Under the pieces are notes generated by a model. That model was not told where the DNA came from and did not search any database. It saw only the letters and a program-made list of their open reading frames with translations. Below are positions 9,989 to 19,995 of a stretch of DNA of 64,000 nucleotides, one piece after another. Positions within the stretch are counted from its first letter, which is position 1; each line of letters opens with the position of its first letter. The stretch spans positions 1 to 64,000 of the forward strand of contig JBFRWN010000027.1 of assembly GCA_051439605.1 (NCBI GenBank), read 5' to 3'. A program made the position numbers and the translations under genes. This stretch comes from Synechococcus sp. Its GTDB lineage: Bacteria; Cyanobacteriota; Cyanobacteriia; Thermostichales; PCC-7336.

Positions 9989-10960
9989 CTAACTAGAAAT
10001 GAGATAGGTCAGCGGAAACAGTAGGTATTCCAGGTAAAACAATTTCCAAATTAGCTGATAGTAGTCGTACACATCCTTGGAGTTCCAAGAAGGCAGGCGA
10101 TAACGGTACCACCACAAACCCGCCACGGCGATCCCGTGCCCGATGACCAGCAACCCCAGGGCCATTTCCCCCAACCACCCCGCAGCAATGGCCACCCCCC
10201 CATAGGCGATTGTCAGCAACCACAGACAAATGTGAAATGTCTGCTTCGCCCCCAGCAAAATGGAGACGGTGGCCACGTTAAAGCGCCGGTCTCCATCCAT
10301 ATCGGGAATGTCCTTGAACAGAGCGATCGCCAGCGTGAACACCAACACAAATCCCACCAGCATCCACAACTGCAGCGTTATTTGAGGGGGCAACGATTGT
10401 ATCGAGAGAAAGTAGAAATATAGCCCGATGTTTACCACTAGCCCACGCACTGTGTAGATGCAAAAGGAGGCAAAGAAGGGAAAGCGCTTCAGGCGGATAG
10501 GGGGAAGGGAATAGGCGGTGCCAATCGCGCTGCTAACCACCACTGTCGCAAACAAATAGGGGTTCTGGAGGACAGCGATTGCCAGACCGGCCGCTCCAGT
10601 TAGAACCACAATCCAGAAGCCTTCTCCCCAAGTTAACGCTCCAGAAGCGAGGGGAAGGTGGGGTTTGTTGATGCGATCGATCTGCACGTCAAACAACTGA
10701 TTCAGCCCCACAATGTAGACGTTGGCACACAGACAAGCCACCAAGGCGATCGCCAAACCCAGGCCATGGGGTAGCCATGTTGCGCGGTTGCTCAGAACCG
10801 CTTGATTGAGGGCCAATAGATAAATACCCAGCAAGCTGGCGGTGGTGCCGTAGATGGTATGGGGACGGGAGAATTGCCAAATAGCCAAAAGCTTTTTAGA
10901 GACGAAAGATTTCAAGCGAAAAAGCCATATCGTTTTTGCCGCATCACTATAGCGCGCCAA
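9989..10960 (-). CDS. hpt: Homogentisate phytyltransferase (UbiA family, tocopherol synthesis)
   Basis: FSRPHTIYGT, NVYIVGLNQLFDVQIDRINKPHLPLASG, KDIPDMDGD, YQLIWKLFYLEY. Confidence 0.9.
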   Translation of the reverse strand: MARYSDAAKTIWLFRLKSFVSKKLLAIWQFSRPHTIYGTTASLLGIYLLALNQAVLSNRATWLPHGLGLAIALVACLCANVYIVGLNQLFDVQIDRINKPHLPLASGALTWGEGFWIVVLTGAAGLAIAVLQNPYLFATVVVSSAIGTAYSLPPIRLKRFPFFASFCIYTVRGLVVNIGLYFYFLSIQSLPPQITLQLWMLVGFVLVFTLAIALFKDIPDMDGDRRFNVATVSILLGAKQTFHICLWLLTIAYGGVAIAAGWLGEMALGLLVIGHGIAVAGLWWYRYRLPSWNSKDVYDYYQLIWKLFYLEYLLFPLTYLISS

Positions 10961-11220
10961 TATCCAATTGAGACATCAACGGTCGCAAGACACTTGACTG
11001 TAGTGCTGGCAACAGGATTCCCAATGGTTTTTATGTAGAGTTTCAACATCTTTTAATGGTGTCAATGTGACGGCTCAAGTTGCCTTAGAACAGGTCCGAA
11101 ATGCTTTGTCTGAAGCTGGTTCGGTATACCTATCAGCGAATGACGAAGATTGAAATTCACTAGAGAGACTGTCCCGTCAGAGATGGTGGCGACCTCACAA
11201 ATTGAGCTAAGGAGATTCTT

Positions 11221-12726
11221 ATGGAGCGAGTAGGGGAAAAGAGTCTGGTTCAGGAGGTCGAGATAGCTCGGCTCCTGAGATTGACGCGGCAGCTCTATAT
11301 AGGTGGCCAGTGGATGGATGCGGATGCTGGACGAGTCTTTGAGGTTCGCAATCCCTCTACCGGAGAACCGATTGCAGAGGTCGCAGATGGTGGCAGAACA
11401 GAAACCCGGCAGGCGATCGCAGCTGCTAGTCAAGCCTTTTCAGAATGGGCTTCCACGCCGGCCAAGCAAAGGGGAGAGCGGCTGAAAACCGTTCAGAGCA
11501 TCTTGCAGGAGAGAGTGGATGAAATTGCCCAGTTGATGGTGCTCGAGAATGGTAAACCCCTGGCGGAAGCTAAAGCAGAGTTGGGATTCTCACTGGGGTA
11601 CTTCAGTTGGTTTGCGGAAGAAGCCCGTCGGGCTTACGGCAACATTGTCCCCTCTCCGTTTGCCAACAAGCGGCTTTGGGTGCAATCTCAGCCATTAGGC
11701 GTGGTGGGAGCCATCACCCCCTGGAATTTCCCAGCCGCAATGGTCGTGCGCAAGATCGCACCGGCACTAGCGGCTGGTTGTACAGTTGTGCTCAAGCCAG
11801 CAGAGGACACCCCCCTGACTGCACTGGCGATCGCCCGTGCCTGTCACGATGCTGGACTGCCAGCCGGCGTATTCAACGTTGTCACCGGAGCAAATCCCCG
11901 CCCGATCTCGGCAGAAATGCTCAACAATCCTGCAGTCAAGAAGATTGGCTTTACGGGATCTACCGAAGTTGGCAAACTGCTGATGGAGCAAGCGGCCAAG
12001 TCGATCAAGCGCGTCTCCTTCGAGCTGGGAGGGAATGCTCCCTTCATCGTGTTTGAGGATGCCGATCTCGAGACGGCAGTGGAGGGTGCGATTGCCATCA
12101 AATACCTGCGAGTGGGAGGACAATCTTGCATCTGTGCCAACCGGATCTACGTCCACGAGAACATTGCAGATCGTTTCATTCCTGCCTTCATCGAGAAGGC
12201 CAAACACCTCAAAGTCGGATCGGGATTCGGGCCGGGTATGCAAGTGGGCCCCCTGATTAACGAGCGGGCTCGTGAGAAAGTGCACGCTTTGGTTGAAGAC
12301 GCCGTGTCGAGAGGCGCAAAGGTGGCCTTGGGCGCTTGTGCTCTGAAAGATGCCAGTCGGGCCGGAGGCTCCTTCTACGCACCCACGGTCCTGCTCAATG
12401 TAAAAGATAGCTGGCCGATTTGCCAGGAAGAAATCTTCGGTCCCGTGGCACCCATCCTGACATTTAAGTCCGAAACGGAGGTGATTGCCCGAGCGAACGA
12501 TACCACCTACGGTCTGGCTGGCTATCTTTACACCCGCGACATGGGGCGAGTCATTCGCGTGGCAGAAGCCCTCGAATACGGATTGGTGGGGGTTAATGAT
12601 GCTGCGGGCTACACCCACGAAATTCCGTTCGGCGGGTTTAAAGAATCGGGTTTAGGCCGCGAAGGAGGCAAAGAAGGGCTAGAGGCCTATATGGAGACTA
12701 AATCCATCGTCGTGAATCTGGAGTAG
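11221..12726 (+). CDS. gabD: NAD(P)-dependent succinate-semialdehyde dehydrogenase, GabD-type ALDH
   Basis: ITPWNFP, FTGSTEVGK, ELGGNAPF, GQSCICANR, EEIFGP, PFGGFKESGLGREG. Confidence 0.8.
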   Translation: MERVGEKSLVQEVEIARLLRLTRQLYIGGQWMDADAGRVFEVRNPSTGEPIAEVADGGRTETRQAIAAASQAFSEWASTPAKQRGERLKTVQSILQERVDEIAQLMVLENGKPLAEAKAELGFSLGYFSWFAEEARRAYGNIVPSPFANKRLWVQSQPLGVVGAITPWNFPAAMVVRKIAPALAAGCTVVLKPAEDTPLTALAIARACHDAGLPAGVFNVVTGANPRPISAEMLNNPAVKKIGFTGSTEVGKLLMEQAAKSIKRVSFELGGNAPFIVFEDADLETAVEGAIAIKYLRVGGQSCICANRIYVHENIADRFIPAFIEKAKHLKVGSGFGPGMQVGPLINERAREKVHALVEDAVSRGAKVALGACALKDASRAGGSFYAPTVLLNVKDSWPICQEEIFGPVAPILTFKSETEVIARANDTTYGLAGYLYTRDMGRVIRVAEALEYGLVGVNDAAGYTHEIPFGGFKESGLGREGGKEGLEAYMETKSIVVNLE

Positions 12727-12736
12727 GGGCTTGAGA

Positions 12737-12769
12737 GGGGCGGCAATCTTTTGAGAAACGTGCCGCTCC
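12737..12769 (+). terminator. Stem-loop after gabD (no clear U-tract)
   Basis: GGGGCGGCA ... TGCCGCTCC inverted repeat 10 nt after the stop codon. Confidence 0.4.
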
Positions 12770-12901
12770 CCTTAACATCGTCCATCTTTCTAGTGCGAAC
12801 CGTCTTTGTGTGGTGCAAGGGCTCGCTTAACATCAGCCAATAGTTCAGTAATCACACGGATTACCCTGGGCATATTAATTATCAAGTAAATTCCTCATGT
12901 A

Positions 12902-13561
12902 TTGATGCCCATGGGAAAAATTAATTCAACTGGTCTGTCCAGCAGTTGCGAATATTTACCTTCGAAACAATCTGCTGTCGAACTCAGTGCAGCTGAACTG
13001 CTGATGAGGTACTCATCGGGATCGCGAAAATTTTGCCGGATTAAGTTAAGCAGTAGCTTTCTCAATCAAGCAAATTTGACGGGTATCGACCTGAAAGAAG
13101 CCGTTCTCGCTAACGTGGGCGCCATAGAAGCTGACTTGAGTCAGTCGGAGCTGACTGGTGCGAACTTGAGCGGGGCTAACTTGCGACGTGCAACCCTCAG
13201 CGAAGCCAATTTGCTACAAGCCAATTTGAGTCAAGCTCAATTAATTGGCGCCCACCTGATTGGAGCGGATTTGAGGGAGGCTGACTTAAGAGGTGCCGAT
13301 TTAAGTTTGGCTTATGCGGCACGTGTCAGCTTAAATAGGGCGAACTTGCAAGAAGCTGAACTGCTAGGGGCCGATCTGAGCGGGGCCGATCTGGAGTTGA
13401 CTCAACTTCAAAACGCCGATTTGAGAGAAGCCAATTTGCAAGGGGCTAATTTGAGAGGGGTCAATTTGAGAGGGGTGCGCTTGAAAGGAGCAACCTACGA
13501 TTCCTTCAGTCGTTTTGATGCAGGATTCAGCCCGAGCGATGCCGGTATGGTGGCTTTATAG
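12902..13561 (+). CDS. Pentapeptide repeat protein
   Basis: Continuous A(D/N)Lxx repeats; C-terminal GATYD...F..GF.P..AGMV cap. Confidence 0.92.
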   Translation: MMPMGKINSTGLSSSCEYLPSKQSAVELSAAELLMRYSSGSRKFCRIKLSSSFLNQANLTGIDLKEAVLANVGAIEADLSQSELTGANLSGANLRRATLSEANLLQANLSQAQLIGAHLIGADLREADLRGADLSLAYAARVSLNRANLQEAELLGADLSGADLELTQLQNADLREANLQGANLRGVNLRGVRLKGATYDSFSRFDAGFSPSDAGMVAL

Positions 13562-13650
13562 CTCTTGACATTTCAGTTAGAACAAGAGATCTATGCTCTA
13601 CCAGGGAATGGGGTAGCTGAAATGTCCTAAGCAACTTGACGATCGCTATA
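13557..13650. mobile_element. ~94-bp MITE-like dispersed repeat, copy 1
   Basis: Ends TATAGC...GCTATA with imperfect 28-bp terminal inverted repeats; its reverse complement aligns by eye with 47181-47275. Confidence 0.7.
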
Positions 13651-13737
13651 GGCGTTCGGTAATAGTGTCAAACCCTTCGTCTCCTAGTGACATTGAAGCT
13701 TCTCTACAAGCTTGTTCGTTCGATCTGAATGCGGTAT

Positions 13738-14667
13738 TTAGCGGGGATTCTTGTCAAGCATGGCCTCAATCGCCGCCCGATCTCCCAAACTCGCCTGCGC
13801 CCCCATCGTCGAAACCGCCACAGCCCCGGCAGCATTGGCAAAAGCGATCGCCTCTGGCAACTTTGCCCCCTCTCCTAACCGCACCGCCAATGCACCACAG
13901 AAGGCATCCCCTGCCCCCGTTGTATCCACCACCTCTACGGCAAGGGCGGGCATCCATCCCGCAGTGCGGCCGTCAAACCACACCACCCCTTGGCTTCCCA
14001 ATGTCACAACAACCCTAGCAGCTCCTAGCTCTGAAAGCTGGCGGGCAACTGCTTCTGCCGAATAGCGATCGCGAATGGCATCCAACGACTGCTGGGTCAG
14101 GAGTGCCGCCTCGCTTTCGTTCACCACCAAGTAGGCCACCTGCTGCAGTAAGGCTGGAGGCAGGAGTTGGGCGGGGGCTGGGTTCAACAAGATAGGGGTC
14201 TGGGCTTTGAAGGCGAGTGAAATAACCGTTTCCACCGTTTCGAGGGGAATTTCTAGCTGCAGCAGCAGTAAATTGGCTGCTACGATCGCCGACTCATCGA
14301 GGCGATCGGGCAACATCTGAAAATTAGCCCCGGGACTGACCACAATGCGGTTTTGCCCCTGCCGATCCACCACAATCAATGCGATGCCGCTGGGCCCATC
14401 CACCTGCGCAACTGCAGAGACATCCACCCCCACCGATTGCAGACCCGCCCGCAACTGTTGACCGAATTCATCGCTGCCCACGCAACCCACAAACTGTACG
14501 TCCCCTCCAGCTTTCGCCGCCGCCACCGCCTGATTGCCCCCTTTGCCCCCGGCAAAGGTTTGGTAGGCTCCCCCCAACACTGTTTCTCCGGGAGCTGGAT
14601 GGCGATCCACCCGCACTACTAGGTCCATGTTGAGACTGCCGATGGTGAGAACGCGGGACTTCAACAT
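13738..14667 (-). CDS. rbsK: Ribokinase
   Basis: GSLNMDLV, GGKGGNQAVAAA, NPAPA, VVDTTGAGDAF. Confidence 0.93.
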   Translation of the reverse strand: MLKSRVLTIGSLNMDLVVRVDRHPAPGETVLGGAYQTFAGGKGGNQAVAAAKAGGDVQFVGCVGSDEFGQQLRAGLQSVGVDVSAVAQVDGPSGIALIVVDRQGQNRIVVSPGANFQMLPDRLDESAIVAANLLLLQLEIPLETVETVISLAFKAQTPILLNPAPAQLLPPALLQQVAYLVVNESEAALLTQQSLDAIRDRYSAEAVARQLSELGAARVVVTLGSQGVVWFDGRTAGWMPALAVEVVDTTGAGDAFCGALAVRLGEGAKLPEAIAFANAAGAVAVSTMGAQASLGDRAAIEAMLDKNPR

Positions 14668-14883
14668 TGGAGATTAACGTTCGAAAAACTAAGGACGATC
14701 GATCGGACTGCGATCGCCGAGATAGCCAGCGAGGAATGAGGTATGTGAAACATGAATGCTGGTGATAAATGTGCTGGAAGCGGAAATGTATCCTAAGACT
14801 GGAACTTTAACGTTCTATGCTAAGAAGCGTTACATCAATCTGAGTGCTGGGCAACTCACCGCACATCTCATCCCCAATCAACC

Positions 14884-15771
14884 ATGGAAATTCGCCGCTA
14901 CGCTCCCACCCCCCCCGTCAAAGTAGATACCCTCACCTATCAGGTCAAAACCTCTGAAACCGAGCCACGGCACATTCTCGAAGAAATCGTCTGGTATAAA
15001 AATACCGAAGTCGATCGCATGCGGGAGCAGTTGCCGCTAGCCAAACTACACCAACAGATCGTTTCTGCCCCTGCCGTGCGGGATTTCGTGGGTGCACTGA
15101 CGAATTCCCCCGATGCGGTGTCGCTGATTGCAGAAGTCAAAAAAGCATCCCCCAGCAAAGGGGTGATTTGCGAGACTTTTGACCCCGTGGCGATTGCCCG
15201 AGCCTACGAACAAGGGGGGGCCTCCTGCATCTCGGTGTTGACCGACCAGAAATTTTTCCAGGGTAGTGGCGAGTACCTGCGACAAATTCGGGCAGCGGTG
15301 GACCTGCCTCTACTGTGCAAAGAATTCATTCTGTCCCCCTACCAACTCTTTTGGGCGCGATCGCTGGGGGCAGATGCCGTGTTGCTGATTGCCAAAATCC
15401 TCACCAACCCCGACCTATCCTATTTCCTTAAAATCCTGCGCCAGCTGGGTATGTCCGCCCTGATTGAGGTGCATACCCTTGCAGAACTCGATCGCATTTT
15501 GGAACTGGATGGCATACAGCTGATTGGCATCAACAATCGCAACCTGGCCGACTTCACTGTTGACCTCAACACCACCGCCGAGATTCTGGCAGCTCGCGGG
15601 CAAGTACTGCGCGATCGTAACATTACCGTTGTGGGCGAGTCGGGCATTCACACTCCGGATGACCTCAGATTTTTGGCCCAGCAAGGGGTGCGAGCTTGCC
15701 TAGTAGGTGAGTCTCTAGTGAAAGCCGCTGACCCCGCCGCCGCAGTCAAAACCCTATTAGGTCGAGTGTGA
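14884..15771 (+). CDS. trpC: Indole-3-glycerol phosphate synthase
   Basis: [47 protein letters not shown]. Confidence 0.97.
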   Translation: MEIRRYAPTPPVKVDTLTYQVKTSETEPRHILEEIVWYKNTEVDRMREQLPLAKLHQQIVSAPAVRDFVGALTNSPDAVSLIAEVKKASPSKGVICETFDPVAIARAYEQGGASCISVLTDQKFFQGSGEYLRQIRAAVDLPLLCKEFILSPYQLFWARSLGADAVLLIAKILTNPDLSYFLKILRQLGMSALIEVHTLAELDRILELDGIQLIGINNRNLADFTVDLNTTAEILAARGQVLRDRNITVVGESGIHTPDDLRFLAQQGVRACLVGESLVKAADPAAAVKTLLGRV

Positions 15772-15826
15772 TACTGCTCATATCCACAATCGACTTGACT
15801 ACGGTATTCATTCATTCCACGAATTC

Positions 15827-16750
15827 ATGCACACACAGCAACTGTCCAATCCTCTTGAAAAACGGATGAATTTCTTTGCGCAATTCGCCAGCATCATTTT
15901 CTTGATTTTTGGAGTTGCGGCCATTGGTGTCCAAATCGCAAAATTCTTTCTTGAAGGGGGCTGGAATAACAGCTTGGGCATCGCCACAGCCCTTGGATGT
16001 GTGATGGTTTATCTAGGCAGGAAAAAATTCTGGAAAAGGATTGTCAACTATTGCGTATTTAAGGGACGGAAGCGAGCCAAGATAATTGCATTTTTGTCCC
16101 CGTTCCTGTTCGCTTTTCTCATGGCAGCCATCAGAGCATCGATTGACAAGCGTGCTTGGAGCGGAATGAACACAGAAGGAGGGTTTATCGAATATGGCAC
16201 GGGATTGGCGTATATACTTGCCACCATTTTTGCAATCCCAGTTGCCAAATATTTTCTCAAACGCAATCAAAAGCTATTAGGGTTCTATTACTATATTGTC
16301 GCGGCGGCAGCAGCATTTATTTGTTTGGAAGAGTTGAGTTGGGGTCAAAGGTTTGTCCCGATCGGTTCTCCCAAATTTTTTCAGGAATATAATTCAAAAT
16401 CCGAACTTTCACTGCACAATCTCGTTTGGGTCGAAAAGTACTTGTATATCGGGTTCTTAGCGATCGGCTTGCTGGGTGCAACCAGTTGGCTGTTGGGTCA
16501 AGCCCTAAAACCTAGCCAGGGAAGGCTTTCGCTCTATGTCTCTTACTTAGTACCATCCTGGTATTTATCTCCTTTCTTTGGCTTAATTTTCATCTACGCA
16601 TTCATCGCAATGTTTTTGGGCGAATGGGGTGCAAGGATCACAACGTTTGTTGAACCCATTGAGCTCCTGTTATCTCTAGGTTTCCTAGGATTTACAATCG
16701 CGAACTATTTTCGTCAGCCATTTGATTTCAAGGAGGCAGTCATTTCTTGA
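15827..16750 (+). CDS. Polytopic membrane protein with EE(L/I)SWGQ motif, paralog 1
   Basis: Multiple TM helices; TEGGFIEY, EELSWGQR, NSKSELSLHN, C-terminal ELLL. Confidence 0.8.
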   Translation: MHTQQLSNPLEKRMNFFAQFASIIFLIFGVAAIGVQIAKFFLEGGWNNSLGIATALGCVMVYLGRKKFWKRIVNYCVFKGRKRAKIIAFLSPFLFAFLMAAIRASIDKRAWSGMNTEGGFIEYGTGLAYILATIFAIPVAKYFLKRNQKLLGFYYYIVAAAAAFICLEELSWGQRFVPIGSPKFFQEYNSKSELSLHNLVWVEKYLYIGFLAIGLLGATSWLLGQALKPSQGRLSLYVSYLVPSWYLSPFFGLIFIYAFIAMFLGEWGARITTFVEPIELLLSLGFLGFTIANYFRQPFDFKEAVIS

Positions 16751-17165
16751 AATCAACTTCGATCTATGCCCGAATCGCAGTGTTTTGATTTAAAGCAGAA
16801 CGGCAGCTGCGCAACTGGACGTGAGAATCTTCATACCAGTCTCGTTGACTTAAGACAAGTCTGTCGCATGTAATCAGCCGGTGCCGTAGCATTGTTAGAC
16901 ACAGTCCTATTCGCTGCCATCGCCTACAGGATAAAGAAGCAGTTGACCGCTAGATCCACGACAAGAGGGTAGAGGCCGATTTCCGATTGGTTACTGCGGC
17001 ATAACCCTAGTGCACCCAATATCTCAGGGTTCAAGACCGCTGACGATTCAAGATGCATTTTGTTCTCACCGAGACGGCAACAGCAAATCAGCCCCTCCTC
17101 GAAAAAATTGCCACCAAAGGATAAAGTTCCACTAATCTGTTCTTAAGTCCAGGACTACCTGGAGA

Positions 17166-18170
17166 ATGGCAGCGCAACTTCTAGTATATTTTAGCAGATC
17201 GGAGGATGCTTGGGTGACTAAAAGTATACCTGTGCCCCCACAGAAACCACAAGCCTCTGACGTCAGCTTTTGCGATCGCCGAATCCATTTCTTTGTCACG
17301 TTATTGAAAGGGACTTCGCTCTTAGCCGGAGGGATTCTAGCAATTTCTCAAATTGTGCACATCTTCTTAGATGGCCCCAATTCGCTAGCGTTATGGTTCG
17401 GGCTTGGTTTGGGGTTAATCACAATCTATTTCGGCTACAAACCCAATTTATTTCGGTTTGTCAAAACAATTGTTCTACGACATTCTTTTTCAGACAAATT
17501 AGCTGTCTGGCTCGTTCCGCTTTTGCTGTTCGCCAGTATCGTTAGTTTTCAATCTGTGGTGGGTCGCGAGGCCTTTAAGCGGAGCAATACCGAAGGAGGT
17601 GTTATTGAGTACGGCACCAGTATCGCATTCTTTTTGGCGGCTATCTTTGCAGTTCCGGTAGCGCGTTATCTATGGCGATCGGGAGAGAGAATGTTGGGAA
17701 GAGTGTATTGCATTCTTGCAGCGTTGTTGGGGTTTGTAGCGTTTGAAGAAATTAGTTGGGGGCAAAAACTCCTTGGGCTGAATTCACCAGACTTCTTCGA
17801 AGCAAATAACTCTCAATCAGAGATAACGTTACACAATTTAATCTGGGTTAACGAACTGATCGATCCGGCACTGATCGTTTTGGGATTGTTGGGGACGTTC
17901 AGCTGGTTCATCTTCCAGCGAATGGCAGGCAGCTCTAATCGTTTCATCAGAGGTCTCTATCGGTATTTCATTCCAAGTTGGTTTATCTCCACATTCTTCT
18001 TGGCGGTAAGTGTCGTTCATACCTGCACTCGATACATTGAAGCAGCAGACTATGCAATGAGCATTTATGGAGAGTCGTCTGAACTATTGCTGTCACTCGG
18101 CTTTTTGATGTTGGTTTTAACAGGATATTTTCGTCAGTGCATACAGGAAAATAGCGCTAATTCTGCATAA
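17166..18170 (+). CDS. Polytopic membrane protein with EE(L/I)SWGQ motif, paralog 2
   Basis: TEGGVIEY, EEISWGQK, NSQSEITLHN, ELLL; collinear with 15827-16750. Confidence 0.8.
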   Translation: MAAQLLVYFSRSEDAWVTKSIPVPPQKPQASDVSFCDRRIHFFVTLLKGTSLLAGGILAISQIVHIFLDGPNSLALWFGLGLGLITIYFGYKPNLFRFVKTIVLRHSFSDKLAVWLVPLLLFASIVSFQSVVGREAFKRSNTEGGVIEYGTSIAFFLAAIFAVPVARYLWRSGERMLGRVYCILAALLGFVAFEEISWGQKLLGLNSPDFFEANNSQSEITLHNLIWVNELIDPALIVLGLLGTFSWFIFQRMAGSSNRFIRGLYRYFIPSWFISTFFLAVSVVHTCTRYIEAADYAMSIYGESSELLLSLGFLMLVLTGYFRQCIQENSANSA

Positions 18171-18258
18171 AATTAGCCCAATCACAATTGACGCAGGATT
18201 GATGACGGATCGGGCTTGGCACGCCACAATCGACTTCTGCCTGAACGGAAGAACGGAA

Positions 18259-18546
18259 CTAATTTCTCTTTTTCGTTTTAGGGCGTTCCCCCGAACTCGG
18301 GTGATCGCCTACATCCAACTGGACATTTTGGTCGACCAATTGTGCAGACGCTGTTAACACTTGGCGAACAGCGTGGATGGTTCTTCCCCCTCGTCCAAAT
18401 ACCCGTCCCTTACTGGCCGGATCGAAAGAAACCCGCAGCAGGATGCGTTGGCCGCCGCGGGTGGTTTCACAGTCAATTTTAAGTTCGCTGCCCGCATCCA
18501 GTAAGGGTTCGAGCAAGAGGCGGGTCAACCCAACGTAATCGGGCAT
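18259..18546 (-). CDS. khpA: KH-domain RNA-binding protein
   Basis: KGRVFGRGGRTIHAVR GxxG loop; directly downstream of rpsP, the usual context. Confidence 0.9.
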   Translation of the reverse strand: MPDYVGLTRLLLEPLLDAGSELKIDCETTRGGQRILLRVSFDPASKGRVFGRGGRTIHAVRQVLTASAQLVDQNVQLDVGDHPSSGERPKTKKRN

Positions 18547-18585
18547 GGCATCACCTTGTCAGAAGCGTAATCCACAGAAGTGAGC

Positions 18586-19050
18586 TTACGCGCTAGCAGC
18601 AGCTTCTTCAACTTCTGTGTCTGCAGTATCCTCAGACTCTTCAGACGCAGTCTCTTCGCTAGCAGGCTCTTCACTGGATGCTTCAGCCGCAGGTTCTTCG
18701 GAAACAGGCTCTTCGGGGGTCGCTTCTGCAGCGGGCTCGGCAACCGCAGGCTCGGGCTTAGGAACTGCGGCAAGGGTGATGGGCTCGCCGGAAATCTCTT
18801 CCCCAGAATTCACTAAGTCAAAAATACGAGCTTTGTTGAGTAGGGCACGCAGAGTGTCAGAGGGTTGTGCACCTTTCTTGAGCCATTTAGCAATTTCTGC
18901 TGCCTGCAGAATGGTTTCTTTGGTGCGAGGGTTGTAGTATCCCAGCTCTTGAATGGGGCGACCTTGACGGCGGGCGCGACTGTCGATCGCCACAATGCGA
19001 TAGCTTGCTTCCCGCTTTTTGCCGTAGCGCTTCAATCGCAACTTGACCAT
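18586..19050 (-). CDS. rpsP: 30S ribosomal protein S16 with an acidic C-terminal extension
   Basis: MVKLRLKRYGKK..SYRIVAIDSR.RR.GRPI.ELGYYNP, W..KGAQPSDT. Confidence 0.97.
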   Translation of the reverse strand: MVKLRLKRYGKKREASYRIVAIDSRARRQGRPIQELGYYNPRTKETILQAAEIAKWLKKGAQPSDTLRALLNKARIFDLVNSGEEISGEPITLAAVPKPEPAVAEPAAEATPEEPVSEEPAAEASSEEPASEETASEESEDTADTEVEEAAASA

Positions 19051-19291
19051 GGGTTTGAGGTTCTCCTGTGTTCGGTAATGGTTGAATGAGGAATTGTTGT
19101 GGGGAAAGAATTGCCGGACTGTTAAACCATCTCAACAGGCCGCCGATTAAAAAGCAGCACTTTAGCATACCGTAATGGCCCTCGCGATCGCTAGCCGCAA
19201 TTTGATTGACTTACCCTATCGATTGACTCGTTTTTTTGGATCGTGGCGGGATTTCCAGAGCCATTTGTCTTGCACCACATCCGCATGCCAA

Positions 19292-19948
19292 CTATTCGGG
19301 TTCCAACGATCGACCTGCAGTGCCCAACCGCTTAAGCTCCCAGACAACAGAAAGAACTGCAAATACCAGGCAGCCAATGTAGCAAGCCACCAGGGAATTA
19401 CAGACAAACAACATTCCCAGCACTAAGCTCAATGCCGCTAGCGACCCGCTATCGCTGCGAAACCAAGCCGCCGCTGCCAAACCAATCCCAACACACCACA
19501 TCCCCTGAGCCAGCCACCCCACTGGATGGGCCAGCTTCAGCATTGCATCTGACGGTAGAAGTCCAACGGCGTCCATGATTGCTTGCGGACTGTAGGCTAA
19601 ACCCTGTAGGTGACGAAATACGGTTGCGGCCCCAACAGCAAAAATCGGATCCTGGAGGCAAGTGGCGATGGCGCAGATCCAAAATGCCGTCTGACTGAGA
19701 GTCACCACCCACCCCCGCATGCCGCGGGTCAGGGAAATCCCTACACAGGCCATCAACTCTACGCACAACAGCTGAAAAAGATGAATTGTGGCAATTTCGT
19801 TAGCCAGCGGCAGCGCCGACAAAAACATATTCGGTTCGAAAAATACTTTCGGCAGGAACGCCAGTCCCAACGTTAAAGCAGGGGCAAGTATGGCCAGCAG
19901 AAGAAAGAACACTTGCGGCAGCTGCGCGATAGAACCCTTCTGTTTCAT
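19292..19948 (-). CDS. Hypothetical integral membrane protein
   Basis: 218-aa hydrophobic ORF with several TM segments; GGAGG RBS upstream. Confidence 0.7.
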   Translation of the reverse strand: MKQKGSIAQLPQVFFLLLAILAPALTLGLAFLPKVFFEPNMFLSALPLANEIATIHLFQLLCVELMACVGISLTRGMRGWVVTLSQTAFWICAIATCLQDPIFAVGAATVFRHLQGLAYSPQAIMDAVGLLPSDAMLKLAHPVGWLAQGMWCVGIGLAAAAWFRSDSGSLAALSLVLGMLFVCNSLVACYIGCLVFAVLSVVWELKRLGTAGRSLEPE

Positions 19949-19995
19949 AAAAAGTTCTTACCTCCTTTTACCAGGAAAGCGTCAATTCACCCTTT

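Noticed and set aside
11767..12618. 283-aa antisense ORF and many similar overlapping ORFs (for example 8174-8773, 24620-25303, 44467-44964)
   Set aside because: Shadow frames opposite well-supported genes, with no motifs
16835..17078. Possible MITE bounded by GTCTCG...CGAGAC between the two membrane paralogs
   Set aside because: The inverted match is short and no second copy was found in the window
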